From contig OZ242351.1 in NCBI GenBank assembly GCA_965208675.1, positions 2,240,001 through 2,304,000 of the forward strand: a DNA stretch of 64,000 nucleotides. Reading direction: 5' to 3'. The position numbers were made by a program, and so were the translations under genes. Under the pieces are notes generated by a model. It saw only the letters and a list, made by a program, of their open reading frames with translations, was not told the DNA's origin and searched no databases. This DNA is from Candidatus Poribacteria bacterium. GTDB lineage: Bacteria > Poribacteria > WGA-4E > PCPOR2b. Shown here one piece after another: positions 28,641-39,393 of the stretch; within the stretch, counting starts at the first letter, position 1, and each line of letters starts with the position of its first letter.

Positions 28641-30371
28641 ATGCCGAAAGTGCGTATTCTCTTCAGCATCCTCGCAATCTCCTTTTCGCTGCAAGTCCTC
28701 ATTGATTCTAACCTCTGTTCAGCTCGTGCGGACGATGGATTCATCCGGTCTGAAATCCACGAACTCAGCAGCGAAAACACCGCAACCCGCAAAGATGCTG
28801 TCATCGCGCTGGCAAAAACTGGTGACATGCGTGTGGAGGCAATTCTCCAATCGTATAAATTGAGCGAACTATACGTTTGGAATGATGCAGTCGTTCTCTG
28901 CAAAGAGATTATCAATGACGAGGATTTCAACGAATTCTGCCGTGTCTCAGACGTGTTGACCGGCGAACCAATTCTGGACGCAAACGGCGAACCGCACGAA
29001 ATCCCGGTGGAGGAACTTGAGGAGATTAGTCCCTCAAGAGCAGAACGCAAACTCGCAAATAGCGCTAAATTTCTTCTCCGGCTGTCATCTCCAGACCGTG
29101 AAATCCGGATGTCGGGCGCAAAGAAATGCGGTGACCCGCCGGGCATTATCGCATCGGTACGCCAACTCCGAGAGATGTCGAAGAACGACCCGGTCAAAAA
29201 AATTCGCTATATCGCCAAAGAAAGCCTGCTTCTCATCCGCTTAAATCAAACCTCCGTAGCGTCGGATTCGCGTGCACACCTTGAAGTTGCGCGTGAATTG
29301 GGAAACATAAAAAGTATGCGCGGGCGGCCGCAGTTGCAAAAACTTTTCGATGAGCTGGAAAAAGACGCCAACGAAGCCAATCCGGTGCATGAAGACGCTA
29401 GGAAAACTTACAAATTCTCGATTGACCAGATTGACGGCTATCAAGGTTTCGTGGGCGGGGTCGGCAACATATTTCGTGGGCTATCGCTCGGATCTGTTCT
29501 CATCCTCATGGCACTTGGACTTGCGATTACCTTCGGTCTGATGGGCGTCATCAATATGGCGCACGGCGAATTGATGATGATTGGGGCTTACGCGACCTTT
29601 GAGATGCAAAAATTTTTCGGCCATACACCTGACAACCCCTCAGACCTGTATTATATCGCCGCATTACCTGCCGCTTTCCTCACAGCGGCCTTCGTCGGTT
29701 ATCTCATTGAGGTGTCGGTTGTCCGTTACCTGTACCGACGTCCATTGGAATCACTGCTCGCAACATGGGGGATTGGGCTTATCTTGATCCAACTTGTGCG
29801 CATTCGTTACGGAGATAATATTGGGGTTAACGCCCCGACTTGGGCGCGCGGCGGTATCGAAATTGTGCAAGATCTCGTCCTCCCTTACAGCCGTTGCTTC
29901 ATCATTGTCTTGTGCGGCATGTGCGTTCTGCTAATCTATTACCTCATGAACTACACGAAGCTGGGTTTGCGGATGCGAGCGACGATGCAAAATCGGAATA
30001 TGGCAAGGAGCGTTGGCGTGAACACGCAGCGTGTAGACCGGTATACGTTTGCTTTCGGCGCCGGAATTGCAGGAGTCGCAGGCTGTGCTTGGACGCTTAT
30101 CGGCGGCGTCACGCCGGATATGGGACAGACCAACTTCATCATTGATTCATTTCTCGTCGTCGTCACCGGCGGTGTGGGCGAACTAATCGGCGTAATCTGC
30201 GCGGGATTGGGTATTGGCGTGCTGACGAAAGTGGTTGAGCCGACGCAAATTGGGTCTTTCGTTGTCGGCGCGATTTGGGCAAAAATCCTGCTATTGGTTG
30301 TCATTGTCGCATTTATCCAATTTAAGCCCGCAGGCCTGTTTGCGCCTAAAGGTAGGCTCAGTGATGTTTAA
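28641..30371 (+). CDS. urtB: Urea ABC transporter permease with N-terminal HEAT-like periplasmic extension
   Basis: GLSLGSVL.L.ALGLAITFGLMGVINMAHGE, RPLESLLATWG, IDSFLVVV.GG, P.GLF..KGR; ATG 28641 after gaggtg. Confidence 0.93.
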   Translation: MPKVRILFSILAISFSLQVLIDSNLCSARADDGFIRSEIHELSSENTATRKDAVIALAKTGDMRVEAILQSYKLSELYVWNDAVVLCKEIINDEDFNEFCRVSDVLTGEPILDANGEPHEIPVEELEEISPSRAERKLANSAKFLLRLSSPDREIRMSGAKKCGDPPGIIASVRQLREMSKNDPVKKIRYIAKESLLLIRLNQTSVASDSRAHLEVARELGNIKSMRGRPQLQKLFDELEKDANEANPVHEDARKTYKFSIDQIDGYQGFVGGVGNIFRGLSLGSVLILMALGLAITFGLMGVINMAHGELMMIGAYATFEMQKFFGHTPDNPSDLYYIAALPAAFLTAAFVGYLIEVSVVRYLYRRPLESLLATWGIGLILIQLVRIRYGDNIGVNAPTWARGGIEIVQDLVLPYSRCFIIVLCGMCVLLIYYLMNYTKLGLRMRATMQNRNMARSVGVNTQRVDRYTFAFGAGIAGVAGCAWTLIGGVTPDMGQTNFIIDSFLVVVTGGVGELIGVICAGLGIGVLTKVVEPTQIGSFVVGAIWAKILLLVVIVAFIQFKPAGLFAPKGRLSDV

Positions 30372-31599
30372 AAGAACTGTAACCGCCGAGTCAAGCAATG
30401 GAGGCGATGCGGCGAGGCCTCAGTCTTTCCGGACAAATGGATTGGGATTAAAGAGCCAAAATTCACAAGTTGCGGCAACTGGCGGCTGGCCAATTTTTGT
30501 CCAACGGCATGTCCCGTGGGCATTACTTTTTGTCGGGTTAGTCATGATCCCGCTGTCATATTACACTGGGCTTATTACCATCGGGACAGTTAACATGCTC
30601 GGCCGGTACATGGCATTTGCAATTGTCGCGGTGGGACTCGATCTAATCTGGGGTTATACCGGTATCCTTAGTCTCTGCCAGTCCTTCTTTTTCGCACTGG
30701 GCGGATACGCGATGGGGATGTATTTGGCGCACCACGGCGGTCCGGAGGGAATCATAGACGCCAACAACTGGAAAATTCCCGCCTGCTTGTACGTCGTATA
30801 TCCGTACAAAGTCGGCGAAGCGCCGGGTGATGCGCTGGTTCCATGGTTCTGGAAACCCTTCTATACACTGCCAGTCACAACACTTCTCGGGTTGCTCATT
30901 CCTGGCTTAGCCGCTCTAGTAATCGGCTATGTCGGGTTTCGGAGCCGGGTTCGCGGCGTCTATTTCGCCATTTTGACACAGGCAATTACGGTGGCGGGGT
31001 GGTTAGTGTTCTGCATGAACAATATGAAACTGTGCGGGACTAACGGATTGACACGGTTTGACCGAATCGCGGGCTTCAAGTTAGCCAACCCTAATGTCAA
31101 GGTGAGCTTGTATATCCTCACGCTGCTTTCGTTAGTTGGCGTTTACGTCCTTTGCCGATACGTCGTGAAATCGCGGCTGGGACGTGTGCTCATCGCCATT
31201 CGTGATGACGAAACTACGCTGCGTTTTTCTGGCTATAAACCCTACATTTATAAGCTCTTCGCTTTTGTCCTAGCAGGCATGATTGCCGGGCTGGGCGGGA
31301 TGCTTTACGCGCCGCAGATGGGCATTTTTACGCCGACGAACATGGAGGCGAGTGCGTCGATTTTGGTTGTTGTCTGGGTCGCAGTTGGCGGGCGCGGCGC
31401 CCTTTCCGGAGCAATTCTTGGGGCGTTAGCCGTAAATCTTCTTTACAACTTTTTTACCTCTGAGAAGGACTTCTTCCTGTTTGTCTGGAAACCAGAATTT
31501 TGGCAGTTTATTTTAGGTGGTCTGTTCATAGGAGTCGTTCTGCTGTTCCCCGGCGGTTTAATCGATCTGTGGCGGCGCTTGGTGCGTGCTGCGAGATGA
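30364..31599 (+). CDS. urtC: Urea ABC transporter permease
   Basis: DLIWGYTGILSL, RSRVRGVYFAILTQA, GRVLIAIRD.E..RFSGY, WVAVGGRG. Confidence 0.93.
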   Translation: MFKRTVTAESSNGGDAARPQSFRTNGLGLKSQNSQVAATGGWPIFVQRHVPWALLFVGLVMIPLSYYTGLITIGTVNMLGRYMAFAIVAVGLDLIWGYTGILSLCQSFFFALGGYAMGMYLAHHGGPEGIIDANNWKIPACLYVVYPYKVGEAPGDALVPWFWKPFYTLPVTTLLGLLIPGLAALVIGYVGFRSRVRGVYFAILTQAITVAGWLVFCMNNMKLCGTNGLTRFDRIAGFKLANPNVKVSLYILTLLSLVGVYVLCRYVVKSRLGRVLIAIRDDETTLRFSGYKPYIYKLFAFVLAGMIAGLGGMLYAPQMGIFTPTNMEASASILVVVWVAVGGRGALSGAILGALAVNLLYNFFTSEKDFFLFVWKPEFWQFILGGLFIGVVLLFPGGLIDLWRRLVRAAR

Positions 31600-31607
31600 T
31601 TGAGAGC

Positions 31608-31672
31608 GGGCAACCACGAGCGTTGCACCTACAAGGGTAACCTCAATGTAGGGGCGGGTCGTGTACATGCCC
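31608..31672. repeat. Pair of GTAG-type REP-like palindromes between urtC and urtD
   Basis: gggcaac-cacgagc-gttgcacCTAC and GTAGgggcgggtcgtgtacatgccc. Confidence 0.55.
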
Positions 31673-31733
31673 ATTATGCTTGCAACGGAGATAGGTTCAA
31701 TTTGTCTAATTCCAAACAGAACCTAGTTTTATT

Positions 31734-32534
31734 ATGGACCAAGCCCAACGAATCGCCGAATATAAAGAGTACAGTCCTCGAGCCAGTCGATTGTCAGAGG
31801 AGAAATTTCTGCTCTTTCTGGAAGATATAACCGCAGTCTTTGACGGTTTCAAAGCGTTAGATATACAGGCGTTGGGAATTGAACATAACGAACTCCGCGT
31901 TATCATCGGTCCCAACGGCGCGGGTAAAACAACGCTCTGCGATGTCGTAAGCGGCAAAACCCGTCCGACGACTGGATATGTCTTTTTCGATGGCACCGAT
32001 ATTACGCAACAGACAGAAGAACAGATTGCGTTGCGGGGAATCGGCAGGAAGTTTCAAACGCCGACCGTTTTTGATAGCCTCACGACCTACGAAAATATGG
32101 AGCTCGCCCTACCGGGCCACTACCATCTGTGGCCCAATCTGTTTGGACACACAACAAAAGCCCAGCGGGAACACATCTTAGAAATTTTAGAGCGAGTCGG
32201 ACTCGTAGATGCGTTAGACCTTGAAGCCAAGTATTTGAGTCACGGACAACGTCAATGGTTGGCGATTAGCACGCTTATCCTATCCAACCCCAAATTGCTC
32301 CTCGTCGATGAACCTGCCGCCGGTTTAACGGATGCCGAAACGGCGTTGACAGCGGAACTTCTCCTTGAGTTGAAAGGCGACCATACGCTTATCGTCATTG
32401 AGCACGATATGGATTTTGTACGCCAGCTTGATTCGTTCGTAACCGTGCTGAATGAAGGAGTCATCATGGCGGAAGGATCCATGCAAGAGGTTCAGCAAAA
32501 AGAGGAGGTCATTGAGGCATATCTCGGCAGATAG
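31734..32534 (+). CDS. urtD: Urea ABC transporter ATP-binding protein
   Basis: FDGFKAL, GPNGAGKT, GIGRKFQTP, LSHGQRQWL, EHDM. Confidence 0.94.
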   Translation: MDQAQRIAEYKEYSPRASRLSEEKFLLFLEDITAVFDGFKALDIQALGIEHNELRVIIGPNGAGKTTLCDVVSGKTRPTTGYVFFDGTDITQQTEEQIALRGIGRKFQTPTVFDSLTTYENMELALPGHYHLWPNLFGHTTKAQREHILEILERVGLVDALDLEAKYLSHGQRQWLAISTLILSNPKLLLVDEPAAGLTDAETALTAELLLELKGDHTLIVIEHDMDFVRQLDSFVTVLNEGVIMAEGSMQEVQQKEEVIEAYLGR

Positions 32535-32584
32535 CGACGAGAACGCGGGCTTCAGAATTAGAGAAACCCGTTTGGATGTGCGTT

Positions 32585-32619
32585 TACACATTACTCGTTA
32601 CGCATTACGTATTACGTAT
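32585..32619 (+). repeat. Five tandem heptamers (consensus TACGTAT)
   Basis: tacacat tactcgt tacgcat tacgtat tacgtat, ending 10 nt upstream of the urtE ATG. Confidence 0.7.
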
Positions 32620-32629
32620 CACCAACATC

Positions 32630-33325
32630 ATGCTAACAGTCTCGAATCTCTCATTTTCATACGGCGAAGTCCAAGTGCTGCGTGGGGTGGATGTTCATGT
32701 TCCTGCGGAGACAATTGTCTCGATGATGGGACGTAACGGTGTGGGAAAAACGACACTGATGAACAATATCGTCGGGCTGCTCAAACCGACGTCCGGCTCG
32801 ATAAAAATCGAAGACCGTGAACTTGTGCGCGTTTCGACGCACCGGCGGATACGAGCCGGGTTGGCTTACGTACCGCAGGGTCGGATGATATTTCCGAAAC
32901 TGACGGTTGAGGAAAATTTACGGGTCGGGCTATCGGCGCGTGCTGATAAACGCACACAAATCCCGGATGAGATTTATGAACTCTTCCCAATTCTCAAAGA
33001 GATGGGAGGTCGGATGGGCGGCGACCTCTCCGGGGGGCAGCAACAGCAACTCGCTATAGGACGCGCGCTCGTCACTGATCCGAAGGTTCTTATCTTGGAC
33101 GAACCCACCGAGGGCATCCAACCGAACATCATCCAACAGATTGGGGTGGTGCTGCGGCAATTGGTGCAAAACAGACGGCTTACAATTCTTATCGTCGAAC
33201 AGTACCTCGATTTTGTTCGGGAATTCTGCCAGCAGTTTTACATCATGAACCGCGGTGAGATTGTCGCACACGGTGAAACCGACGCGCTCAACCAGAACAT
33301 GATTCGGGAGTACCTCAGCGTCTAA
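32630..33325 (+). CDS. urtE: Urea ABC transporter ATP-binding protein
   Basis: GRNGVGKT, YVPQGR.IF, LSGGQQQQLAI, DEPTEGIQP. Confidence 0.94.
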   Translation: MLTVSNLSFSYGEVQVLRGVDVHVPAETIVSMMGRNGVGKTTLMNNIVGLLKPTSGSIKIEDRELVRVSTHRRIRAGLAYVPQGRMIFPKLTVEENLRVGLSARADKRTQIPDEIYELFPILKEMGGRMGGDLSGGQQQQLAIGRALVTDPKVLILDEPTEGIQPNIIQQIGVVLRQLVQNRRLTILIVEQYLDFVREFCQQFYIMNRGEIVAHGETDALNQNMIREYLSV

Positions 33326-33326
33326 G

Positions 33327-34175
33327 ATGTCACGCATCAGCTCTATTGCAGGACGCCACGGCGAACTCAAACTCGCTTTCGAACAACGAAACGGCAGTAC
33401 GGTGTTGGCGGCGAGCTTCTTCAGAGTGCCGTTACAGGTGATGAAGCCGCGTTACGATGCGTCGAGCTGTGCTTGTGTATACCTTTTGAGTCCAACAGGA
33501 GGTGTCGTTCAGGGCGACGATTATCAGATTGAGATTACGCTCGCTGCTAACACTCACGCAATTCTGACGACGCAGGCGGCGACGAAAGTTTACGCCATGC
33601 CCAAGCAGGGCGCATCGCAATCAATGCGGGTGCAGGTCGGGCAAGACGCATTCTTTGAATACTTGCCGGATCCAACAATCCTATTTCGAGACGCGAATTT
33701 TAGTCAAAGTATCACCCTCTCTTTAGAGCGCGGCGCAAAGGTTGCCCTGCAGGAAATTGTTATGCCGGGGCGGTTGGCGCGGGGAGAAACGTTGGCATTC
33801 ACGCGTTTTGCTAGCCGCATAGAGGCTTCAAATACGGATGGGCTATTTCTGTTTGACGCATGCTGCATCCAACCGGACCGCCAATCTTACCTCACCAAAC
33901 TAGCAGTGTTAGAGAGATATACTTGCTGGGGAAGTTGGTATCTCATCGGCGATTTTGAAATGCCCGAATGGGAGCCGTTTTGTACATTTGCCGAGCCGTT
34001 GCTCAACCAGCCTTCGAAATCGTCGGGCGGAGTGTCTCAGTTGCATCAGAGCGGTATCGCAATCCGGATGCTCGCCCACAACGCAGGGACGATTTATTCT
34101 GCTTTTCAGGCGATCTGGAATTGGCTGAAGCTGGAACATTTTGGACTCGACAGCGTTGATTTGCGGAAGTATTAA
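33327..34175 (+). CDS. ureD: Urease accessory protein
   Basis: PL.V..P, GGVVQGD, TTQAATKVY, EYLPDP.I.F, GRLARGE. Confidence 0.92.
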   Translation: MSRISSIAGRHGELKLAFEQRNGSTVLAASFFRVPLQVMKPRYDASSCACVYLLSPTGGVVQGDDYQIEITLAANTHAILTTQAATKVYAMPKQGASQSMRVQVGQDAFFEYLPDPTILFRDANFSQSITLSLERGAKVALQEIVMPGRLARGETLAFTRFASRIEASNTDGLFLFDACCIQPDRQSYLTKLAVLERYTCWGSWYLIGDFEMPEWEPFCTFAEPLLNQPSKSSGGVSQLHQSGIAIRMLAHNAGTIYSAFQAIWNWLKLEHFGLDSVDLRKY

Positions 34176-34193
34176 ACTCGGAGGAAATTACTC

Positions 34194-34496
34194 GTGAACT
34201 TAACGCCCCGTGAACAAGAGAAGTTGCTGATTTACGTTGCGGCGCAGCTTGCCAATGATCGGCGGGCACGCGGCTTAAAACTCAACTACCCTGAAGCGGT
34301 CGCCATTATCACCGCCGAAATTCTGGAGGGCATCCGTGAGGGAAAATCGGTCGCAGAACTGATGCAATACGGCACCACCCTACTGAACCGCGGCGATGTA
34401 ATGGACGGCGTGCCGGAGATGCTCCACGACGTGCAGGTCGAAGGTACGTTCCCCGACGGCACGAAGCTCGTCACTGTCCACAATCCGATTCGGTAA
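34194..34496 (+). CDS. ureA: Urease gamma subunit
   Basis: [35 protein letters not shown]. Confidence 0.98.
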   Translation: MNLTPREQEKLLIYVAAQLANDRRARGLKLNYPEAVAIITAEILEGIREGKSVAELMQYGTTLLNRGDVMDGVPEMLHDVQVEGTFPDGTKLVTVHNPIR

Positions 34497-34522
34497 TAAT
34501 GAGCAGTTAAAGGAGCAAAGAG

Positions 34523-34837
34523 ATGATTCCCGGAGAATTCATACTTGCGGAAGGCGGCATTACCGCCAACGTTGGGCGCAAGACCGTCGAGTTAGCTGTT
34601 GCGAACACCGGTGACCGGCCCATACAGGTCGGATCGCACTTCCACTTTTTCGAGGTCAACACCGCACTCCTATTTGATAGGGAGAAGGCGTTCGGTATGC
34701 GGCTGAATATCCCGTCAGGCGTCGCTGTACGCTTTGAACCGGGCGATGAAAAAACTGTGACGCTCACGGAACTAAAGGGCAAAAGAATCGTGCACGGATT
34801 GAACAATCTGACCAACGGACCGCTTGACGAAGCGTAA
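34523..34837 (+). CDS. ureB: Urease beta subunit
   Basis: [29 protein letters not shown]. Confidence 0.98.
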   Translation: MIPGEFILAEGGITANVGRKTVELAVANTGDRPIQVGSHFHFFEVNTALLFDREKAFGMRLNIPSGVAVRFEPGDEKTVTLTELKGKRIVHGLNNLTNGPLDEA

Positions 34838-34848
34838 AGGAGTGCAAA

Positions 34849-36567
34849 ATGCCTCTCAACATCCCGCGACGCACCTACACAGACATCTACGGACCGACCG
34901 TCGGAGATAAAATTCGCCTTGCGGACACCGAACTATTTATCGAAGTCGAGCGTGATTTTACAACTTACGGCGATGAGTCGAAATTTGGAGGCGGCAAGAC
35001 GCTGCGCGACGGCATGGGACAGATGCCCGGTGCAACAAGTGCGGACGGTGTGCTCGATCTCGTACTAACCAATGCGCTAATCCTAGACTATTGGGGAATT
35101 GTCAAGGCAGACATCGGCGTGCGAAACGGAAAAATCGTCGGGATTGGCAAGGCGGGGAATCCAAACATAATGGACGGCGTCACAGAAGGTATGATCGTCG
35201 GTGCAGGCACGGAAGCTATTGCTGCCGAGGGGATGATTGTCACGCCAGGCGGACTTGATGTCCACATCCACTTCATCTGTCCCCAGCAAATTGATGAAGC
35301 CCTCTCTTCGGGAATCACGACGATGATTGGCGGCGGGACTGGACCAGCGACCGGCACCAACGCCACCACCTGCACCCCGGGCGCGTGGAACATTGCGCGA
35401 ATGCTGGAAGCTGCAGACGGTTTCCCAATCAACCTCGGTTTTCTGGGCAAGGGCAACTCATCGCTGCCGGCGTCACTCAACGAACAGATTGAGGCGGGCG
35501 CGTTGGGATTGAAACTCCACGAGGATTGGGGTACGACACCCGCTGCAATCGACTGCTGCCTATCCGTCGCCGAGGAATACGATGTGCAGGTCGCCATACA
35601 CACCGACACACTCAACGAGGCGGGGTTTGTCGAGGATTCCATTGCCGCATTTAAGGGACGAACCATCCACACCTACCACACTGAAGGCGCGGGGGGCGGA
35701 CATGCGCCGGATATCATCAAGGTCTGCGGTCAAAGCAACGTGCTGCCCTCCTCGACCAATCCTACGCGGCCGTTCACGGTCAACACCATTGATGAGCACC
35801 TCGACATGCTAATGGTCTGCCACCATCTAGACTCCTCTATCCCCGAAGACCTGGCATTCGCCGAGTCCCGGATCCGCCCGGAGACTATCGCCGCCGAGGA
35901 TATCCTGCACGACCTCGGCGCATTCAGTATGATGGCGTCCGATTCACAGGCGATGGGGCGTGTCGGCGAAGTCATTCTCCGCACGTGGCAGACTGCCCAC
36001 AAAATGAAAGTCCAACGTGGGCGCCTTCCTGATGAAACGGGCGAAAACGACAACGTTCGTGCAAAACGCTATATCTCCAAATACGCAATAAACCCGGCAA
36101 TCACGCACGGTGTCAACGACCACGTGGGATCGATTGAGGTGGGCAAACTCGCCGATCTCGTGATATGGGATCCAGCCTTTTTTGGCGTCAAACCGCAATT
36201 GGTGCTGAAGGGCGGATTCCTCGTCTGGGCGGCGATGGGCGACGCAAACGCTTCCATTCCAACTCCTCAGCCGGTTCTAGGGCGTCCGATGTTTGGCGCT
36301 TTTGGTCGCCTCCCGTATACCGCCTCCTACACGTTTGTTTCACAGGCTGCTGTTGCGAGAGAGGTCGGTGTGCGTCTCAATCTTCAAAAGCCGACGGTTG
36401 CCGTGCAAAACTGCCGCACTCTAGACAAATCCTCCATGATAAAAAATTCCTACCTGCCGAAGATGGAAGTAAATCCAGAAACCTACGAAGTTCGCGCGGA
36501 TGGCGAACTCCTCACGTGCGAACCCGCCGAAGTCCTTCCCATGGCGCAGCGTTACTTCCTGTTTTGA
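34849..36567 (+). CDS. ureC: Urease alpha subunit
   Basis: [38 protein letters not shown]. Confidence 0.98.
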   Translation: MPLNIPRRTYTDIYGPTVGDKIRLADTELFIEVERDFTTYGDESKFGGGKTLRDGMGQMPGATSADGVLDLVLTNALILDYWGIVKADIGVRNGKIVGIGKAGNPNIMDGVTEGMIVGAGTEAIAAEGMIVTPGGLDVHIHFICPQQIDEALSSGITTMIGGGTGPATGTNATTCTPGAWNIARMLEAADGFPINLGFLGKGNSSLPASLNEQIEAGALGLKLHEDWGTTPAAIDCCLSVAEEYDVQVAIHTDTLNEAGFVEDSIAAFKGRTIHTYHTEGAGGGHAPDIIKVCGQSNVLPSSTNPTRPFTVNTIDEHLDMLMVCHHLDSSIPEDLAFAESRIRPETIAAEDILHDLGAFSMMASDSQAMGRVGEVILRTWQTAHKMKVQRGRLPDETGENDNVRAKRYISKYAINPAITHGVNDHVGSIEVGKLADLVIWDPAFFGVKPQLVLKGGFLVWAAMGDANASIPTPQPVLGRPMFGAFGRLPYTASYTFVSQAAVAREVGVRLNLQKPTVAVQNCRTLDKSSMIKNSYLPKMEVNPETYEVRADGELLTCEPAEVLPMAQRYFLF

Positions 36568-36635
36568 CAACTGTTCCCGCTACGCAAAAATCCCCACAAA
36601 CCCAAACTGTCCTCCCTCCAACGTCCACGCAACAC

Positions 36636-36664
36636 TTGAATTTCTCGCTGAATTCAACTATAAT
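36636..36664 (+). promoter_or_regulatory. Sigma70-type promoter
   Basis: TTGAAT-17 nt-TATAAT. Confidence 0.65.
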
Positions 36665-36703
36665 TAGCGGTAGGGCTGACCATACCAGTTGGAGGAATTA
36701 AAT

Positions 36704-37498
36704 TTGGATGGCCGTATCCGGCACTACGAAGACAAATTAAGCTACGAAACCGATTCATGGGACCTCAATGAAGCCATTCAAAACGGCGAGAGAATTGTCG
36801 TAATCGACGCACGTTCTTCCGAAGCGTTCGAAGAAGAACACATCCCCGGAGCGGTCAGTTTGCCGCATCGGACGATGTGCCAAGAGACGACAACCCATAT
36901 GGATCGAGAAGTTCTCTACGTCACATACTGCGACGGTATCGGTTGCAATGCGTCAACCAAAGGCGCACTCAAGATGGCACAGTTAGGATTCCGCGTGAAG
37001 GAGCTAATCGGCGGCTTGGATTGGTGGAAGCGGGATGGTTATCCTACTGAGAATTGCGAGACTGGATCAGAATCGAAGTCAATGTCTTCCGCGCGGAAAA
37101 ATTTTCTTGGTAGCGTGTCAACAGAAAATAACGTGATCTCTTTCGAAGTTAGGTGTTCACAGAACGGCGAAAGACATCTGACGATCAGCGAGTCAAATCA
37201 AGCAAACGATTACTACAGGCACAATCGAATTGTGGTCTTTGAAGAGAACATAGAATCGTTTTTATCAGGCCTAGACAAAGCCATCAAATCGTTAAGACTG
37301 CCTGGTCAACCTGAATCGTACAGTGTGAAGGAAATACGCAGAAATCATCCGAGGGCTTACGAAAAATGGTCTTCCGAAGAAGATGAGGAATTGAAGAAAA
37401 GGCATAGTATGGGGTTAAGCCCCTCAGAACTAGCTAAGCATTTTCAACGCAAACCAGGTGCGATTCAGTCACGCTTGACCAAGTTAGGCTTGAAATAG
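36704..37498 (+). CDS. Rhodanese domain fused to PUR/DUF3276-like and Myb/SANT-like domains
   Basis: YETDSWDL, HIPGA, YCDGIGCNASTKGA, IGGLDWW; then FEVR...G..HLTISES...RIVVFEE; then AYEKWS.EEDEEL...LA.HFQRKPGAIQSRL. TTG start follows ggagg. Confidence 0.75.
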   Translation: MDGRIRHYEDKLSYETDSWDLNEAIQNGERIVVIDARSSEAFEEEHIPGAVSLPHRTMCQETTTHMDREVLYVTYCDGIGCNASTKGALKMAQLGFRVKELIGGLDWWKRDGYPTENCETGSESKSMSSARKNFLGSVSTENNVISFEVRCSQNGERHLTISESNQANDYYRHNRIVVFEENIESFLSGLDKAIKSLRLPGQPESYSVKEIRRNHPRAYEKWSSEEDEELKKRHSMGLSPSELAKHFQRKPGAIQSRLTKLGLK

Positions 37499-37825
37499 CA
37501 TCGTAAACTTTTTAAGCTAAGAACTAGCCAATTGTCGCATTTGGTGGCATCAAATCGTGGTTTTATCTTTGCTAGTGACCTGTGCCGATTTTTGGCCTAT
37601 TGAGTGTGCTCGGGCGAGCTGTTTCGTAGGATTCCATACGTTTTTATTACGGCATGCACAATGCGTGTGCGGAATGAATAATTATATGGGACTGCGATAG
37701 GTACTCCCGCACGAGGGCTTGGGAACGCGCACCAGCATATCTATATCTCCGATTCTGAATCACGGTATTCCGAGTCGTTGCGGGTTTCCCATAATCCATT
37801 CGACGCAGCTTTGAAGGACATACCC

Positions 37826-38386
37826 ATGAAATACGACGAGAATTCGCCATTCTATAAATTGCTCGCTACGAAATATAAGGCGGAAGAAGAAAACTTTGGC
37901 ATAGCCCTTATCGAATCTCATCCGGAAATCGCAACGTTGGTATGGCCCGGTCCAGATGAAGAGGGGCAACCATTCATCAAAGGGAGTACGGCGCTGCATT
38001 ACGCCGCCAATGACGGAAAAGACAGGCTTGTCCTCAAACTTCTCGCGCATGGTGCGGACATCAATGCCAGCAATGCAAATTGGTATCGATCTGTGCTATC
38101 TTGGGCCGCAAACAACGCGCGAATATCAACCATCCGTCTGCTTCTTGAAAACGGCGCGTACCCAAATTCGCTGGATGCGGTGCATGCCGCCGCTTACGGC
38201 GGATCGGCGTGCGGAGAAGGTGAAGAGCAGGAGTATGCCGAGTCGCTTAGAATCCTGATTGAAGCGGGCGCCGATATGAACGATCGAAGACATTATCAGA
38301 ACCAAACACCGTTGCGCGTTGCTTTGAACAGCGGCAACAGAGGGGCAATTGAATATTTGTCCAGTATTAGCGCCACTGAAGAATAA
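37826..38386 (+). CDS. Ankyrin-repeat protein
   Basis: TALHYAA, LLAHGADINA, LLLENGA, LIEAGADMN, TPL. Confidence 0.85.
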   Translation: MKYDENSPFYKLLATKYKAEEENFGIALIESHPEIATLVWPGPDEEGQPFIKGSTALHYAANDGKDRLVLKLLAHGADINASNANWYRSVLSWAANNARISTIRLLLENGAYPNSLDAVHAAAYGGSACGEGEEQEYAESLRILIEAGADMNDRRHYQNQTPLRVALNSGNRGAIEYLSSISATEE

Positions 38387-38554
38387 ATCCAAACTAACCC
38401 ACTGATACAAGCGGTGATTTCCTTTTCGTTGCATGAGAGCCATTTGAGTTACTTTGGTCTCGTACGGTTTAGGCAGGTCTCCGACGCGCTAGTCCCAAAT
38501 CCTCTAGATAACGGAGTTTGTTCATTCATCGAGTAAGTTAAGGAAGTTTCAAAC

Positions 38555-39286
38555 ATGAGCAACGCCAAGGCACTTATACCTCTCGGTTTAATACTCGCGC
38601 TCGGCCTTGTAATATCGACCTACCTCGTCACAAAATTCGCGCGAGAGGTCGTCATGGCTCATCAAATCATCAAGGTCAGGGGATACGCAGAAATTCCCGC
38701 CGAGTCGGATTTGGCGATATGGCATATCACCGTCAAAGCGAAAGACAGAGATTTGACAAAGGCATATCCTGTTCTTGCCTCACATAGCGAAGCAGTGGTG
38801 GCTTTTCTGAAGGAAAACGGTGTGAAATCCGAGGAAACAAAAATATTTCCAGTCCAAGTACGCGAGCACAATATCCGCACCGAAAACGGCCATAAAACAA
38901 GCGAGGTTGAGGCATTCCAACTTTCACAGGACATTACGGTCAACTCGAAGGACGTGCACAACATATCAAAAATTGCGACATCAATAGCCGATCTTCTCGG
39001 GCGAGGAGTAAACTTTAAGATGGATATGCCAGGCTATTACTTTACGGGGGTCAACGCACTAAAGAGTACGCTACTCGTGGAGGCAACAAAAGACGCACGG
39101 ATGCGGGCGAAGACGTTGGCGGAGGGCAGCGAAGCGAATCTAGGTCCGCTCCGCGCCGCGCGTCAAGGAAAATTTAGCGTTCAGTCCGCATACTCGAGCA
39201 GCATTGCAGAGGAAGCCAGTGATGATGTTTCGTCTATTGCAAAGAAAGTCACTGCCGTTGTAACATTCGATTATATAATGCGATGA
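38555..39286 (+). CDS. SIMPL (DUF541) domain protein
   Basis: N-terminal TM; VRGYAE...SDLAIW, EATKDAR.RA, LG.LR.ARQG.F, KKV.AVV. Confidence 0.85.
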   Translation: MSNAKALIPLGLILALGLVISTYLVTKFAREVVMAHQIIKVRGYAEIPAESDLAIWHITVKAKDRDLTKAYPVLASHSEAVVAFLKENGVKSEETKIFPVQVREHNIRTENGHKTSEVEAFQLSQDITVNSKDVHNISKIATSIADLLGRGVNFKMDMPGYYFTGVNALKSTLLVEATKDARMRAKTLAEGSEANLGPLRAARQGKFSVQSAYSSSIAEEASDDVSSIAKKVTAVVTFDYIMR

Positions 39287-39393
39287 AAGCCTGACACACC
39301 TTCACGACATCTAAATTAAGAGGGTTTTGTTGCCGTCCGGTGTTTGTCCGTAATTCATACAGCAACCAGACTCGGAGGCTTTTAACAGCCAAA

